Positions 1 to 9,586 of a stretch of 64,000 nt of DNA are shown piece by piece (within the stretch, counting starts at the first letter, position 1; each line of letters starts with the position of its first letter). Both the position numbers and the translations under genes were made by a program. The stretch is from a bacterium (GTDB lineage Bacteria > UBA8248), in assembly GCA_965203325.1 (NCBI GenBank), contig OZ241875.1, forward strand, positions 1,280,001 to 1,344,000, in the 5' to 3' direction. The notes below the pieces were generated by a model. It had not been told where the DNA came from, ran no database searches, and saw nothing but the letters and a program-made list of their open reading frames with translations.

Positions 1-903
1 GCAGGCGGTTCGGTGAAGCTAGATCTCTCCGCCGCAGAGCGCGCCCTGGGCGAGAAAGTGGCGAAGCCGCTGGGCCTCGACATCACGGCGCTCGCCCACG
101 GCGTCGTTCAGATCGCAACCACGAACATGACGCGGGCGATTCGTTCGGTCTCCACCGAGCGAGGGAAGGACCCTCGGGATTTCAGCCTGTTCGCCTTCGG
201 AGGAAACGGGGGACTCTTCGCGGCCTCCGTCGCACGAGAACTGGAACTCCCCCAGGTCGTCATCCCCCCATCTTCGGGTATTTTCTCCGCATTCGGGCTT
301 CTCTATTCCGACCTGGAGCACCATTTCACCCAGACCCTATTGGGAAGAACCGACGAACTCGACCCCGGGTCGGTCGAGTCCCATTGGGAACGCCTTGAGG
401 CTGAAGCGCGCGATTTGCTCTCGAGGGAGGGATATCCCGGCGAGAGGTGCCGTCTCCGCAGGCGCGGTGAGCTTCGCTACTACGGGCAAACGCATGAGTT
501 ATCCATTCCCTGGCCGGAGAATTGCTCGGCCGACGAGGCGCTCGCACAGGCCTCCGCCGCATTCGAAGACGAACATGAACGCACTTACGGCCACCGCGGA
601 GGCGACGGGCTCGTGGAGTTGGTTACTCTCCACCTCGTCGCCACGGGCGTACCCGAAACGGCACGTTTCCCCGACTCGCTCCTCTTCCCTGAAAACCTGA
701 ATACCAGGACGGGTGAGCGGCGAGCCTATTTCGGCGCGGAGATAGGCTGGGCCTCCGCGCAACTCATCAACCGCGCCATGCTCGATGAATCCGTAAAAAA
801 GGGACCTTTCATCCTCCAGGAGTTCGACGCCACCATTCTCGTTCCTCCCGATTTCACCATCGCCAGGGATGCGTTCAACAACATCATCATGCGGATTGAA
901 TGA
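1..903 (+). CDS. Hydantoinase A / oxoprolinase family protein, C-terminal part (5' end outside window)
   Basis: ORF open from the window edge. Motifs 'GKDPRDFSLFAFGGNGGL', 'GIFSAFGLL', 'RYYGQTHEL', 'FEDEHERTYGH' and 'GPFILQEFDATILVPP' are typical of HyuA/oxoprolinase alpha subunits. Confidence 0.85.
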   Translation, partial: AGGSVKLDLSAAERALGEKVAKPLGLDITALAHGVVQIATTNMTRAIRSVSTERGKDPRDFSLFAFGGNGGLFAASVARELELPQVVIPPSSGIFSAFGLLYSDLEHHFTQTLLGRTDELDPGSVESHWERLEAEARDLLSREGYPGERCRLRRRGELRYYGQTHELSIPWPENCSADEALAQASAAFEDEHERTYGHRGGDGLVELVTLHLVATGVPETARFPDSLLFPENLNTRTGERRAYFGAEIGWASAQLINRAMLDESVKKGPFILQEFDATILVPPDFTIARDAFNNIIMRIE

Positions 904-1109
904 CGAATTACAGGATGCGGGGGAAGAAAACCCCTGTTTTCATGAATACGGGGACCAAGCGGAGCGTTGTCCTTGACACGAATAATGCCCCTCGCTAGGT
1001 TGCCGGGAATAGTCCCGAATGTGCCGCATCCCGCCGAGACGCCCGTCTTTACGGAGATGGAAATCCCGGGCGGCGGCGAAACCACCGGCCTTATTCCGAG
1101 AGGAGCGCC

Positions 1110-1490
1110 ATGCCCGTCTATCGCTTCGAGGATCTGCCCGAGGAGCAGCACAACCCGAACCTCTCCAGCAACCGGGGGGAGTCCATCAAGGGCGAGCGCA
1201 TGTATTTCTGCCACAGGAGGCGGCCCAGGGGCACGCGGGCGGAGCCGCACTATCACCCCTGCGAGCAGTTCATCTACGTGCTCCGAGGACGCCAGCGCAT
1301 CACGGTCGATGGAGAAGAACACACAGCAGGCCCCGGCGACGTCATCCACATACCGCCGAACGCCGTGCACTCGACGGTCGCTCTCGAAGACATGGAGACC
1401 ATCTACGTCAAGGACACCTCCTGGAGCCTGAAGGGCGTGCCTGCGGGCGATGAAGCTCCCGATGCGCCGCCCGAAGACGACCCCTTCTAA
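1110..1490 (+). CDS. Cupin domain protein
   Basis: Cupin motifs 'PHYHPCEQFIYVLRG' and 'GDVIHIPPNAVH'. AGGAG RBS upstream. Confidence 0.85.
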   Translation: MPVYRFEDLPEEQHNPNLSSNRGESIKGERMYFCHRRRPRGTRAEPHYHPCEQFIYVLRGRQRITVDGEEHTAGPGDVIHIPPNAVHSTVALEDMETIYVKDTSWSLKGVPAGDEAPDAPPEDDPF

Positions 1491-1507
1491 ATCAAGAGGA
1501 AGACCCC

Positions 1508-2641
1508 ATGCACGAATTTTTTCCGGGAAACTACATGCGCTCGTTCGTCACCTGCATCTCGCTGAGTTGCGGGGGGAGCGTGGACGAGATAGACCGCATC
1601 GCCAAAAACCTGGAGGGCACCGACCCTGCCGACAACGAGGCGTGGCACCGCGAATGGACGACCATGGCGGAGCGTGTGGAACGCATCGGCGCGGAAGCCC
1701 AGGAGAGAGGAAACCGCCTCACGGCCGCTCGCGCCTTTTTCCGCGCGTGCAACTACTATCTCTACGGGGAACGCTTCCTGCCGCCCACGAACAGGAAGAA
1801 GATACCGAGCTACAAGAAGGCGCTCGCGTGCTTCGATAAGGCAATCGCGAACGACAACGCCCTCAATCTGGAGAAGATCGAAGTTCCCTACGAGGGTCGG
1901 ACCCTGCCGGGGTTTTTCATGAAACCCGAGCGTGGCGGCAAGGACTATCCCGTCGTCATCTTCGTGGGCGGTCTCGACAGCACGAAGGAGAGCCAGTATT
2001 TCATGGCGGCGGCGGACATCATCGCGCGGGGGATGGCGTGCCTCATCGTCGATACGCCGGGCATCGGCGAGGCGCTTCGCTTGAGAAACATCCGCACCCG
2101 GCACGACTACGAGGTTCCAGGTGGCGCGCTTGTGGATTATCTGGAAACCAGAGACGACGTGGACGCAAGCCGCATCGGCCTGGTGGGCTTGAGCATGGGT
2201 GGGTACTACGCGCCCAGAATTGCCGTGTTCGAGAAGCGGATCAAAGCCTGCGCCGCTTGGGCGGGACACGGGGATTACTACCCCATCTGGTACGAGCGTC
2301 TGAGAGTCCCCACCGGCATCGGACAGTTCCGGCCCAGCCCCAAGTTCCAGATCCTCTGGGTGCTGGGGGTGGAGACGGCCGATGAAGTGCTGGAAGAGAT
2401 GAAGAAGTTCACCATCGAGAAAGAAGCGGCGCAGATTCAGTGCCCGTTCCTCATCACGCACGGGGAGGGCGACCGCCAGACGCCGGCGTCAGAAGCGCAA
2501 AAGCTCTACGACGCCGTGGGCGCTGAGGACAAGACCATCCGCATCTTCACGCACGAGGAGGGCGGGGCCGAGCACTGCCACTTCGACAACATCGAACTGG
2601 GCAGAAGTTTTATACTGGATTGGTTCGTGGAGAAACTCTAG
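1508..2641 (+). CDS. Alpha/beta hydrolase, 2,6-dihydroxypseudooxynicotine hydrolase/FrsA-like
   Basis: 'GGLDSTKE' oxyanion region, nucleophile elbow GLSMGG, C-terminal 'EGGAEHC', N-terminal helical cap. Confidence 0.8.
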   Translation: MHEFFPGNYMRSFVTCISLSCGGSVDEIDRIAKNLEGTDPADNEAWHREWTTMAERVERIGAEAQERGNRLTAARAFFRACNYYLYGERFLPPTNRKKIPSYKKALACFDKAIANDNALNLEKIEVPYEGRTLPGFFMKPERGGKDYPVVIFVGGLDSTKESQYFMAAADIIARGMACLIVDTPGIGEALRLRNIRTRHDYEVPGGALVDYLETRDDVDASRIGLVGLSMGGYYAPRIAVFEKRIKACAAWAGHGDYYPIWYERLRVPTGIGQFRPSPKFQILWVLGVETADEVLEEMKKFTIEKEAAQIQCPFLITHGEGDRQTPASEAQKLYDAVGAEDKTIRIFTHEEGGAEHCHFDNIELGRSFILDWFVEKL

Positions 2642-2662
2642 GGAGAAGACAAGTCTTTCCCC

Positions 2663-3637
2663 TCAGGGCGTGAGGACGATTTTTCCCAGGAATTTTCCGC
2701 TGAGCATCAGTTCATGCGCCGCGTTGGCCTCGGCGAGCGGGAAGGCGGCCCCCACGTGCACCTTGAAACTCCCGTCCCGCAGCATGGGGAGGTAGCGCGG
2801 CACCACTTCGGGCATCTTCCGTGCGAGGTTGACGCCGGTGACGCCAAAGACCCGCGCGTCCTTGGTCATCACGGCGGGGACGCGAAAGCCCGCGCGCTGA
2901 TCCTTCCCCAGCCCCGCCCCCATCAGGACGATTCGCCCGTCCACGCAGACCGTGTCGAGGTCCTTGTCGAAATTATCGAAGCCGGCGCTCTCGATTATCA
3001 CGTCCACGCCGCGCCCGTCGGTCAGCGCGAGGCAGCGCTCGGCGAAATCCTCCCGGCGGTAGTTTATCGTTTCCTCCGCGCCCAGTTCCCGGCAGAACGC
3101 CGCCTTCTCCTCAGAACTCACCGTGGCGAACACGCGGCAGCCCATGCGCCGCGCGAGCTGTATCGCCGCAGAACCCACGCCGCCCGCGCCGCCTTGCACC
3201 AGTACGCTCTCCCCCGGCCCGGCTTTGGCTTTGATGACGAGCGCGTTCCAGGCCGTCCTGAGGCCGAGCGTGACGCCCGCCGCCTCTTCATGCGTCATGT
3301 TATCGGGAACCACCGCCGCCGCAGGTGCGCGCAGGCGCACCACCTCCGCGTAGGCCCCGCCCGCACAGGCGCCGAACGCGCGACAGCCGACCTCGAAGCC
3401 CTGGACACCCTCGCCGACCCCGATTACCTCGCCCGAGGCTTCGAGACCGGGAACGTAGGGCGGTGTGTGATGGCCTGAGTGATGGCTCTTTCCCGAACGG
3501 GTGGCGACGTCGCTCGGGTTCACGCCCGCGGCGCGCAGGCGCACCAGCAGTTCGTCCCGCCCGGGCGCAGGCTCATCCACCTCGTCCAGCCGCATCGAGG
3601 TCTCCAGACCGAACGCCTGCACACGCATCGCCTTCAT
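2663..3637 (-). CDS. NADPH:quinone reductase (MDR / zeta-crystallin family)
   Basis: 'AAGVNPSD', 'PYVPGLEASG', 'GGAGGVGSAAIQLA', 'GKIVL'. Start moved to ATG 3637 behind an AGGAG RBS. Confidence 0.85.
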   Translation of the reverse strand: MKAMRVQAFGLETSMRLDEVDEPAPGRDELLVRLRAAGVNPSDVATRSGKSHHSGHHTPPYVPGLEASGEVIGVGEGVQGFEVGCRAFGACAGGAYAEVVRLRAPAAAVVPDNMTHEEAAGVTLGLRTAWNALVIKAKAGPGESVLVQGGAGGVGSAAIQLARRMGCRVFATVSSEEKAAFCRELGAEETINYRREDFAERCLALTDGRGVDVIIESAGFDNFDKDLDTVCVDGRIVLMGAGLGKDQRAGFRVPAVMTKDARVFGVTGVNLARKMPEVVPRYLPMLRDGSFKVHVGAAFPLAEANAAHELMLSGKFLGKIVLTP

Positions 3638-3676
3638 GGGTTGTCTCCTGTGGGAGTCACCGCGAGCCAAACCCCC

Positions 3677-4666
3677 TCAACTCTCCAGAAAATTCTCCAC
3701 CTCGCGGTATAACTCCTCGCGGCGCTTCTCCCATTCCATGTAGTGCGTGCCGTCGCCGATGACGACGAAGCGCTTGCCCCGGCTGTTCACGAGCTTTTCG
3801 AACAGACCCCACGCCTCGGCCTCGTTCGCCGATCCGTCGTAATCCCCGAAAATCAAGAGCGCCGGGCAACGCAGCTTCGCCGCGTCATAAGCCGGAATCC
3901 CCCGCGCGCGGTCGAACAGGTCGGCATAAGAGCCGTTGGGCGATTTCACCGCCGAGGGCCGCCGCCCCGCCCCCTCGGGGCTGAAGTTTAGGCGCGTCTC
4001 CCATATTGCCCGCACCACGTGCTTCTCGCGCCAGCGGTGATGCCGCGTCCCCGGAATATGCCCCCACCAGCGCCTGTGGAGGTCGGCTTCGGTCGTCCAG
4101 AACCACGCGCCGAGTTTCTCGTTGAAGTGGCCGGGGCGATCCGGGTCCTCGAACTGCGCGGCGCGCTCGGGGTTCACGCCCGCGTAGTAGGGGGCGTAGA
4201 GCACCACCCTGCGCACCTGGGGGTTGTGGGCTGAGGCGAAGGTGGGCACCGTGGTCGAGCCCCACGAGCGCCCGAGGATGTTCACCCGCTCCACCTCCCG
4301 CAGGTTTCGGATGAAGCGCACCGCCGCCCCGATATCGCGAGCGGCTGTAAAGCCGCGTATGGCGGGCGGCTTGCCGACCGGGTCTTCGATCATTTCGGGC
4401 GGATAGCTCGACCAGCCGAACCCTCGCACCGAGAGGGCGAACACGTCGTAGCCGCGCCCGGCCAGCCTGTCCATCCACGAATACCCCGGCACAGGCAGGT
4501 CGAACACCACGGGGGCGGCCGGGCCGCGCCCGTGCACCATCAGGAGCGTCTCGGCGGGCGTGAAGCGGCGCTTGCCACGGGGCCTTTTTTCGCGAATGTG
4601 AAGGCGGATGCCCTTGTCGAAAGCGTCGATGTAGTGATCCTCACAGACTATCTTTCCAGATGCCAT
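3677..4666 (-). CDS. Alpha/beta fold hydrolase
   Basis: 'LMVHG', 'RGFGWS', nucleophile GRSWG, C-terminal 'GDGTH'. Confidence 0.8.
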   Translation of the reverse strand: MASGKIVCEDHYIDAFDKGIRLHIREKRPRGKRRFTPAETLLMVHGRGPAAPVVFDLPVPGYSWMDRLAGRGYDVFALSVRGFGWSSYPPEMIEDPVGKPPAIRGFTAARDIGAAVRFIRNLREVERVNILGRSWGSTTVPTFASAHNPQVRRVVLYAPYYAGVNPERAAQFEDPDRPGHFNEKLGAWFWTTEADLHRRWWGHIPGTRHHRWREKHVVRAIWETRLNFSPEGAGRRPSAVKSPNGSYADLFDRARGIPAYDAAKLRCPALLIFGDYDGSANEAEAWGLFEKLVNSRGKRFVVIGDGTHYMEWEKRREELYREVENFLES

Positions 4667-5715
4667 TATCCCGTTTCCTTTTCGGTGGACTCACTCACCC
4701 CCACCTCTTGCCACACCTTCGGAAATACCTCCTCCGCCATGAGCCTCATGGTGTCGAGAGCCATGGCGTGGGGCATGCCGGGCCACTGGAGGCTGATGAT
4801 CAGGTGGTTCACGCCGAGTCGCTTTGCGAGATGGGCGATTTGCTCGGCCACGTCGTCGGGCGCGCCCAGGATGAAGCGGTTATCGAGCAGGCTATCGAGG
4901 GAAACGCCGAAATCGTTGTCCCCTTCCGGCATGGCCTTGTCCTGACCCCATTCGTGGTAGGAATCGTATTTTTTCTTGAGGTAAGGGCCGCACAGGCGGA
5001 GCGCTTCCTCGCGGCTTTCGGCCACGAACACCTCCCGCCGCATGGGAATTTCCTGAGGCGGCGGATTCCCCGCCTCATCAAGTGCCGTACGAAAGAGCTC
5101 CATCTGCCGCTCGATGGTGTCCATCCGGTTGTGGGGGTTGATGTACCAGGGAAGACCCAGACACCCCGCGCGCCTGATGCCCGCATCCGCGTTCGCGCCG
5201 ATCCAGATGGGGGGATGCGGCTTCTGGAGCGGCCTGGCCGAGCACGACGCGCCGTCGAGTCCGAAGTGCGAGCCCTGCATCCAGACCTTCTCTTCCGTCC
5301 AGAGGCGGCGGATGGCCTCTAAATTCTCGTTGAAACGCCGCAGGCTCTCTTTTTTGTCGGTCCCGAAGGCCTTGAACTCCACGTCGCGGTAGCCGAGTCC
5401 CACGCCGACGGTGAGCTTGCCGCCGGAGATGATGTCGATGGTCGCGAGTTGTTCGGCCAGATCGAGCGGCTTGTGCAGCGGGAGGAGAACAATGCCTGCC
5501 ACGATCCGCATCTCCGGCGCTTCGGCGGATACGCGCGTCAGGAAGGGAAGCTGCTGAAAACCCTGAAAGGGATGGGTGCTGTAGTGCGAACCCTTGGTGA
5601 TGGAGGCGAAGCCCAGATCGCGCGCGAGGCGCACCTGTTCCAAATGTTCCTCAAGGCGCGCGCGCATGTCGTCTTCCCGGGCGAAGTTGCCTCTCAGCAT
5701 GAGGCCGAATTGCAT
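4666..5715 (-). CDS. LLM class (luciferase-like) flavin-dependent oxidoreductase
   Basis: 'LAEQLATIDIISGGKLTVGVGLGYR', 'RPLQKPHPPIWIGA', 'GAPDDVAEQI'. Start taken as ATG 5715 (MQFGL) after GGAGG. Confidence 0.85.
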   Translation of the reverse strand: MQFGLMLRGNFAREDDMRARLEEHLEQVRLARDLGFASITKGSHYSTHPFQGFQQLPFLTRVSAEAPEMRIVAGIVLLPLHKPLDLAEQLATIDIISGGKLTVGVGLGYRDVEFKAFGTDKKESLRRFNENLEAIRRLWTEEKVWMQGSHFGLDGASCSARPLQKPHPPIWIGANADAGIRRAGCLGLPWYINPHNRMDTIERQMELFRTALDEAGNPPPQEIPMRREVFVAESREEALRLCGPYLKKKYDSYHEWGQDKAMPEGDNDFGVSLDSLLDNRFILGAPDDVAEQIAHLAKRLGVNHLIISLQWPGMPHAMALDTMRLMAEEVFPKVWQEVGVSESTEKETG

Positions 5716-5739
5716 GGCGTGGCCCTCCGGTGTGCGTTC

Positions 5740-5779
5740 AAAAAAAACCGCGAGGGAGCATGCCGCTCCCCCGCGGTTT
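5740..5779 (-). terminator. Probable intrinsic terminator after the ABC substrate-binding gene
   Basis: Hairpin AAACCGCG-(A)GGGAGC...GCTCCC-(C)CGCGGTTT followed on the minus strand by a T8 run, 13 bp after the stop codon. Confidence 0.55.
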
Positions 5780-5792
5780 GAAGCCGCTCGCG

Positions 5793-7337
5793 CTAGTTCT
5801 TGAACTTCTTCATGTCGATTTCCCACGCGAGGAACGTCTCATCGTGCCTGGGGTTGAAGCCCAGCGCCTTCTTGTAGGCGAAGATGTCGTTCGTCTTGTA
5901 GAGAATCTTGAACATCGCCTTCTTCTTGATGAGCGCGGTCACCTTCTGGAACTCGAGGTGCTGCGCCTTGAGGTCGGCGGTGGATGCCGCCTTGTCCACG
6001 GCCGCATCCACGTCCTTCATGCAGTGAACGCTGGAGTGGCCACGGCAGGTGGACGTCGCCCGCGTGATGCCGCCCGGGTCGCCGCCCGCGTTTCCGTAGC
6101 CCTGCAGGAAGAGCGCCACGCCCTTTTTGTTCTTCTGGAACGCCTTGCGCGTCTTCTTCCAGAGCGGGAAAGGCATCGAACGGCAGGTGGTGTCGATCTT
6201 GATGCGCTTCAGGAAGCCGGCGATGGCCTCACAGGTCTTCACGTCACCCGGATACCGCCCGATGGTGCCGTAGATCGTCGCCTTGAAGCCTTTTTCGTGG
6301 CCCGCTTCCTTCATGAGGGCTTTCGCCTTCTCGAGGTCGAAGCCGTACCATTTGTCATTGGGGTTGTAGCCCGCGAAGTTCCACGGGTGGTAGAGCGAAC
6401 CCCAAATCTTGGCTTTTCCGGCCAGAAAGGTGGTGCGCAGAAGCTCGGCGTCGATGGCGTAGTTGACGGCGAGGCGCACCTTCTGGTTCGCGAAGGGGCC
6501 GCCCTGGCGCGTCACCATGGAGACGAACATCATCCGCACGGCGGGCACGTCGGCCACGGCCAGCTTCTTGTCTTTCATGAGCTGCGGAATGAACTGGGGC
6601 TTGACCTTCATGACCATGTCCACCTCGCCCTTCTGGAGCGCCTTCACGCGGGTGGTGGCCTCTTTAATGCCGCGCACGATGACGGTCTTCGCCCGGTTGG
6701 GATATTGCGAGTTGCCCCACCAGTTGGGGTTCGCCTCGAACACCATCTTGCGGCCCTTGGTCCATTCCTTGAGGATGTAGGGGCCCGAACCGAAGGTTTT
6801 TCTGGAAATAACGGACCATTCCAAGCCCTTCGCCTTAAGCGACATGATGTGGCCGAAGCGCCCCAGGCGGTTCAACAAGCCGTTGTCGGGCACCTTGCTG
6901 TGCCAGATGAAGCGGTGCGAGTCGATAATCTCGATGCGGTCGAACGCCTTGAAGAAGACCCGCTGACGGCTTTTCTTGTTCATGATGCGCGTCATCGAGA
7001 ACTTCACGTTCTCCGACGTGAGTTCGGAGCCGTCGGCGAACTTCACGCCCTTGCGCAGCCAGAACTCCACCTTCTTGGGGCTGTGGATCTTCCATTTCGT
7101 GGCGAGCCAGGGCTGGCGTTTGCCCGTGCCCGCTTCGGCGGAGACCAGCGTGTCATACGACCAGCGCCAGAGCATCGTGCCGATGAAGTTCGACTTGGGA
7201 TGCGGGTCCATCGTAGGCGTGACGCCCGGAAGCGCGATCACGAGTTTGCCCGAGGCCATCGAATGCGCCTTCGGCGCGTTCATGAGGCCTGCGCCGACGA
7301 TGAGAACCGCCAGCAGAACAACCAACCATTTACGCAT
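5793..7337 (-). CDS. ABC transporter substrate-binding protein, family 5 (DppA/OppA-like)
   Basis: Signal peptide 'MRKWLVVLLAVLIVGAGLMNAPKAHS'. Motifs 'LRKGVKFADGSELTSENVKFS', 'GSGPYILKEW', 'VRLAVNYAID'. Start ATG 7337 with GGAGG RBS. Confidence 0.85.
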   Translation of the reverse strand: MRKWLVVLLAVLIVGAGLMNAPKAHSMASGKLVIALPGVTPTMDPHPKSNFIGTMLWRWSYDTLVSAEAGTGKRQPWLATKWKIHSPKKVEFWLRKGVKFADGSELTSENVKFSMTRIMNKKSRQRVFFKAFDRIEIIDSHRFIWHSKVPDNGLLNRLGRFGHIMSLKAKGLEWSVISRKTFGSGPYILKEWTKGRKMVFEANPNWWGNSQYPNRAKTVIVRGIKEATTRVKALQKGEVDMVMKVKPQFIPQLMKDKKLAVADVPAVRMMFVSMVTRQGGPFANQKVRLAVNYAIDAELLRTTFLAGKAKIWGSLYHPWNFAGYNPNDKWYGFDLEKAKALMKEAGHEKGFKATIYGTIGRYPGDVKTCEAIAGFLKRIKIDTTCRSMPFPLWKKTRKAFQKNKKGVALFLQGYGNAGGDPGGITRATSTCRGHSSVHCMKDVDAAVDKAASTADLKAQHLEFQKVTALIKKKAMFKILYKTNDIFAYKKALGFNPRHDETFLAWEIDMKKFKN

Positions 7338-7515
7338 GTGAATCATCCTCCCTTTCATATTGAAACGAAAACCCGGAAACAGATGACATCTACCTTGGAA
7401 CACTTGCAACAAAAACGGCTAACGCGGCGCATGATCCGCGCCCCGGTAATCGGCTCCGCCCGGGAACGCCTTCGCCGCTCGGACAAGCCCAAATCGAGCG
7501 GGACGGGCATTCAAT

Positions 7516-7546
7516 TTGACAAGGGTCAATCCCTTCGACTTATAAT
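7516..7546 (+). promoter_or_regulatory. Sigma70-type promoter (TTGACA-19 bp-TATAAT) overlapped by a TTGAC-N4-GTCAA palindrome
   Basis: TTGACA at 7516-7521 and TATAAT at 7541-7546 in the divergent intergenic region upstream of the permeases. Palindrome TTGACAAGGGTCAA at 7516-7529. Confidence 0.55.
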
Positions 7547-7705
7547 GATTGAACGGCATTATAGAGAAATACGTCTTTATCGCACAAGCGGCGTCTTCCT
7601 CATTTTCCGCACCGGAGCAGAGCGCATCCAGGAAGATATTGGAGACCCCGCCTCGCGTGGTCGGTTGCCCGGCTCACGAGAGAGCGCGTCAGGAAAGGTC
7701 GAAAC

Positions 7706-8641
7706 ATGCGGGCATACGTTATCCGCAGGCTGCTCCAAAGCCTGATCGTCATCAAGGTGGTGCTGGTCGTCGTCTTCGTGATGCTGCACTTGACGGGCGA
7801 CCCCGCCGACGTGCTGATGCCCGAGGACTCCACCCTCGAGGACGTGGCCGAGTTCCGGAAGGCGATGGGCTTCGACAAGCCGCTCCACGTGCAGTACTAC
7901 AACTTCCTCTTCGGCTTCGGGAAGAGCAAGGGGGTCTTAAGGGCGGATTTCGGCTATTCGTTCCGCCATGAGCTGCCCGCCGTGGACCTGGTGCTGGAGC
8001 ATTTTCCGGCGACCATTGACTTGGCCATCGTCGCCGTCATCATCTCCATCGTGGTCGCCCTGCCCACCGGCATACTCTCGGCCACGTTCCGCAACACCTG
8101 GATCGACCACGTCAGTTCCGTCGGCTCGATGTTCGGCCAGTCGATGCCGAACTTCTGGCTCGGCCTCATGTTCATCCTCGTCTTCGCCGTCGCCCTCGAC
8201 CTGCTGCCCACATCGGGATACGAGGGATGGGAGTACATCATCCTCCCCGCGCTGACGGCGGGACTCTACCAGACGGCGCGCATCATGCGGGTGGTTCGCT
8301 CGGGCATGCTCGAGGTGCTGGGCAGCGACTACATCCAGACGGCGCGCTCGAAGGGCGTCTCGGAGTATCTGGTCGTCGTGCGCCACGCGCTCAAGAACGC
8401 CTCCATCCCCGTCGTCACGCTGATAGGGCTCGAACTCGGCGTGCTGCTCGGCGGCACCGTCGTGACCGAGGCCGTCTTCGCGTGGCCGGGCGTGGGCTTT
8501 CTGGTCATCGACGCCATCAACAACCAGGATTATCCCGTCGTTCAGGCGGCGGTGACGCTGCTCGCGCTCATTTTCGTCATCATCAACCTGATCGTGGACA
8601 TCATTTATGCGTGGCTCGACCCGCGCATCGTCTACAGCTAA
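7706..8641 (+). CDS. ABC peptide/nickel transporter permease (DppB-like)
   Basis: 'GDPADVL', 'GFDKPLHVQY', EAA-loop 'DYIQTARSKG', 'HALKNA', 'FAWPGVG', 'LDPRI'. Confidence 0.9.
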   Translation: MRAYVIRRLLQSLIVIKVVLVVVFVMLHLTGDPADVLMPEDSTLEDVAEFRKAMGFDKPLHVQYYNFLFGFGKSKGVLRADFGYSFRHELPAVDLVLEHFPATIDLAIVAVIISIVVALPTGILSATFRNTWIDHVSSVGSMFGQSMPNFWLGLMFILVFAVALDLLPTSGYEGWEYIILPALTAGLYQTARIMRVVRSGMLEVLGSDYIQTARSKGVSEYLVVVRHALKNASIPVVTLIGLELGVLLGGTVVTEAVFAWPGVGFLVIDAINNQDYPVVQAAVTLLALIFVIINLIVDIIYAWLDPRIVYS

Positions 8642-8653
8642 GGGGAGAGGGTT

Positions 8654-9583
8654 TTGGCTCAGGAACAGCAAGCGACGATAGGCGAATTCGCGGAAGATAT
8701 CGAGGAACCGCGCGGGCCATCGAACTTCCAGTTGGCCATGCGGGACCTGAGGCGCCGCCCGCCCGCGCTGTTCGGTCTGATCACCCTCGTCATCGTGTTC
8801 CTCTGGGCCGTCGTGCCCGATTTCTTCGCGCCGCTCGACCCCTATGACCAGAACCTGAGAATCTTCCTGAAGCCCCCGGGATTCACCGACGCGGCGGGCA
8901 ACTATTACCTGCTCGGAACCGACCAGCAGGGCCGCGACATGCTGAGCCGCATCATCTGGGGCGCGCGCATATCGCTCATCGTGGGATTCGCCGCCGTCGT
9001 GGTGAGCGGCTTTATCGGCATCACGCTGGGCATCGTGGCCGGCTACTTCGGCGGAATTATCGACTCGATCATCAGCCGCATCATCGACTCGGCGCTCTCG
9101 ATACCCTTTATCCTCCTGGCCATGAGCATCGTCGCCATCCTGGGGCCGAGCCTGAGGAACGTCATCCTCGCCATCGCCATCAGAACGTGGATCGTCTACG
9201 CGCGCGTGATACGCGGCACCGTATTGTCGGTGAAGGAAGTCGAATACATCACGGGGGCGAAGGCCTCGGGGTGCTCGACCTTCCGGGTGCTGTTCATGCA
9301 CGTGCTGCCGAACGTGCTATCGCCCGCCATCGTCATCGCCACGCTCTATCTCGGGCGGATGATCATCATCGAGGCGGCGCTCTCTTTCCTCGGCGTGGGC
9401 GTTCCGCCGCCGACGCCCACCTGGGGCGGGATGCTATCGCGCGGTCGCGAATACATCGACACGGCGTGGTGGATAGCGTTTTTCCCGGGCATGATCCTCA
9501 TGCTGACGGTGCTGAGCGTGAACCTGCTGGGCGACTGGCTCCGGGATACGCTCGACCCTAAGATGAAGCGCCTGACGGAATAG
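8654..9583 (+). CDS. ABC peptide/nickel transporter permease (DppC-like)
   Basis: 'LLGTDQQGRDMLSRIIWGARISL', 'EYITGAKASG', 'HVLPNV', 'GDWLRDTLDP'. TTG start. Confidence 0.9.
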   Translation: MAQEQQATIGEFAEDIEEPRGPSNFQLAMRDLRRRPPALFGLITLVIVFLWAVVPDFFAPLDPYDQNLRIFLKPPGFTDAAGNYYLLGTDQQGRDMLSRIIWGARISLIVGFAAVVVSGFIGITLGIVAGYFGGIIDSIISRIIDSALSIPFILLAMSIVAILGPSLRNVILAIAIRTWIVYARVIRGTVLSVKEVEYITGAKASGCSTFRVLFMHVLPNVLSPAIVIATLYLGRMIIIEAALSFLGVGVPPPTPTWGGMLSRGREYIDTAWWIAFFPGMILMLTVLSVNLLGDWLRDTLDPKMKRLTE

Positions 9584-9586
9584 CCC

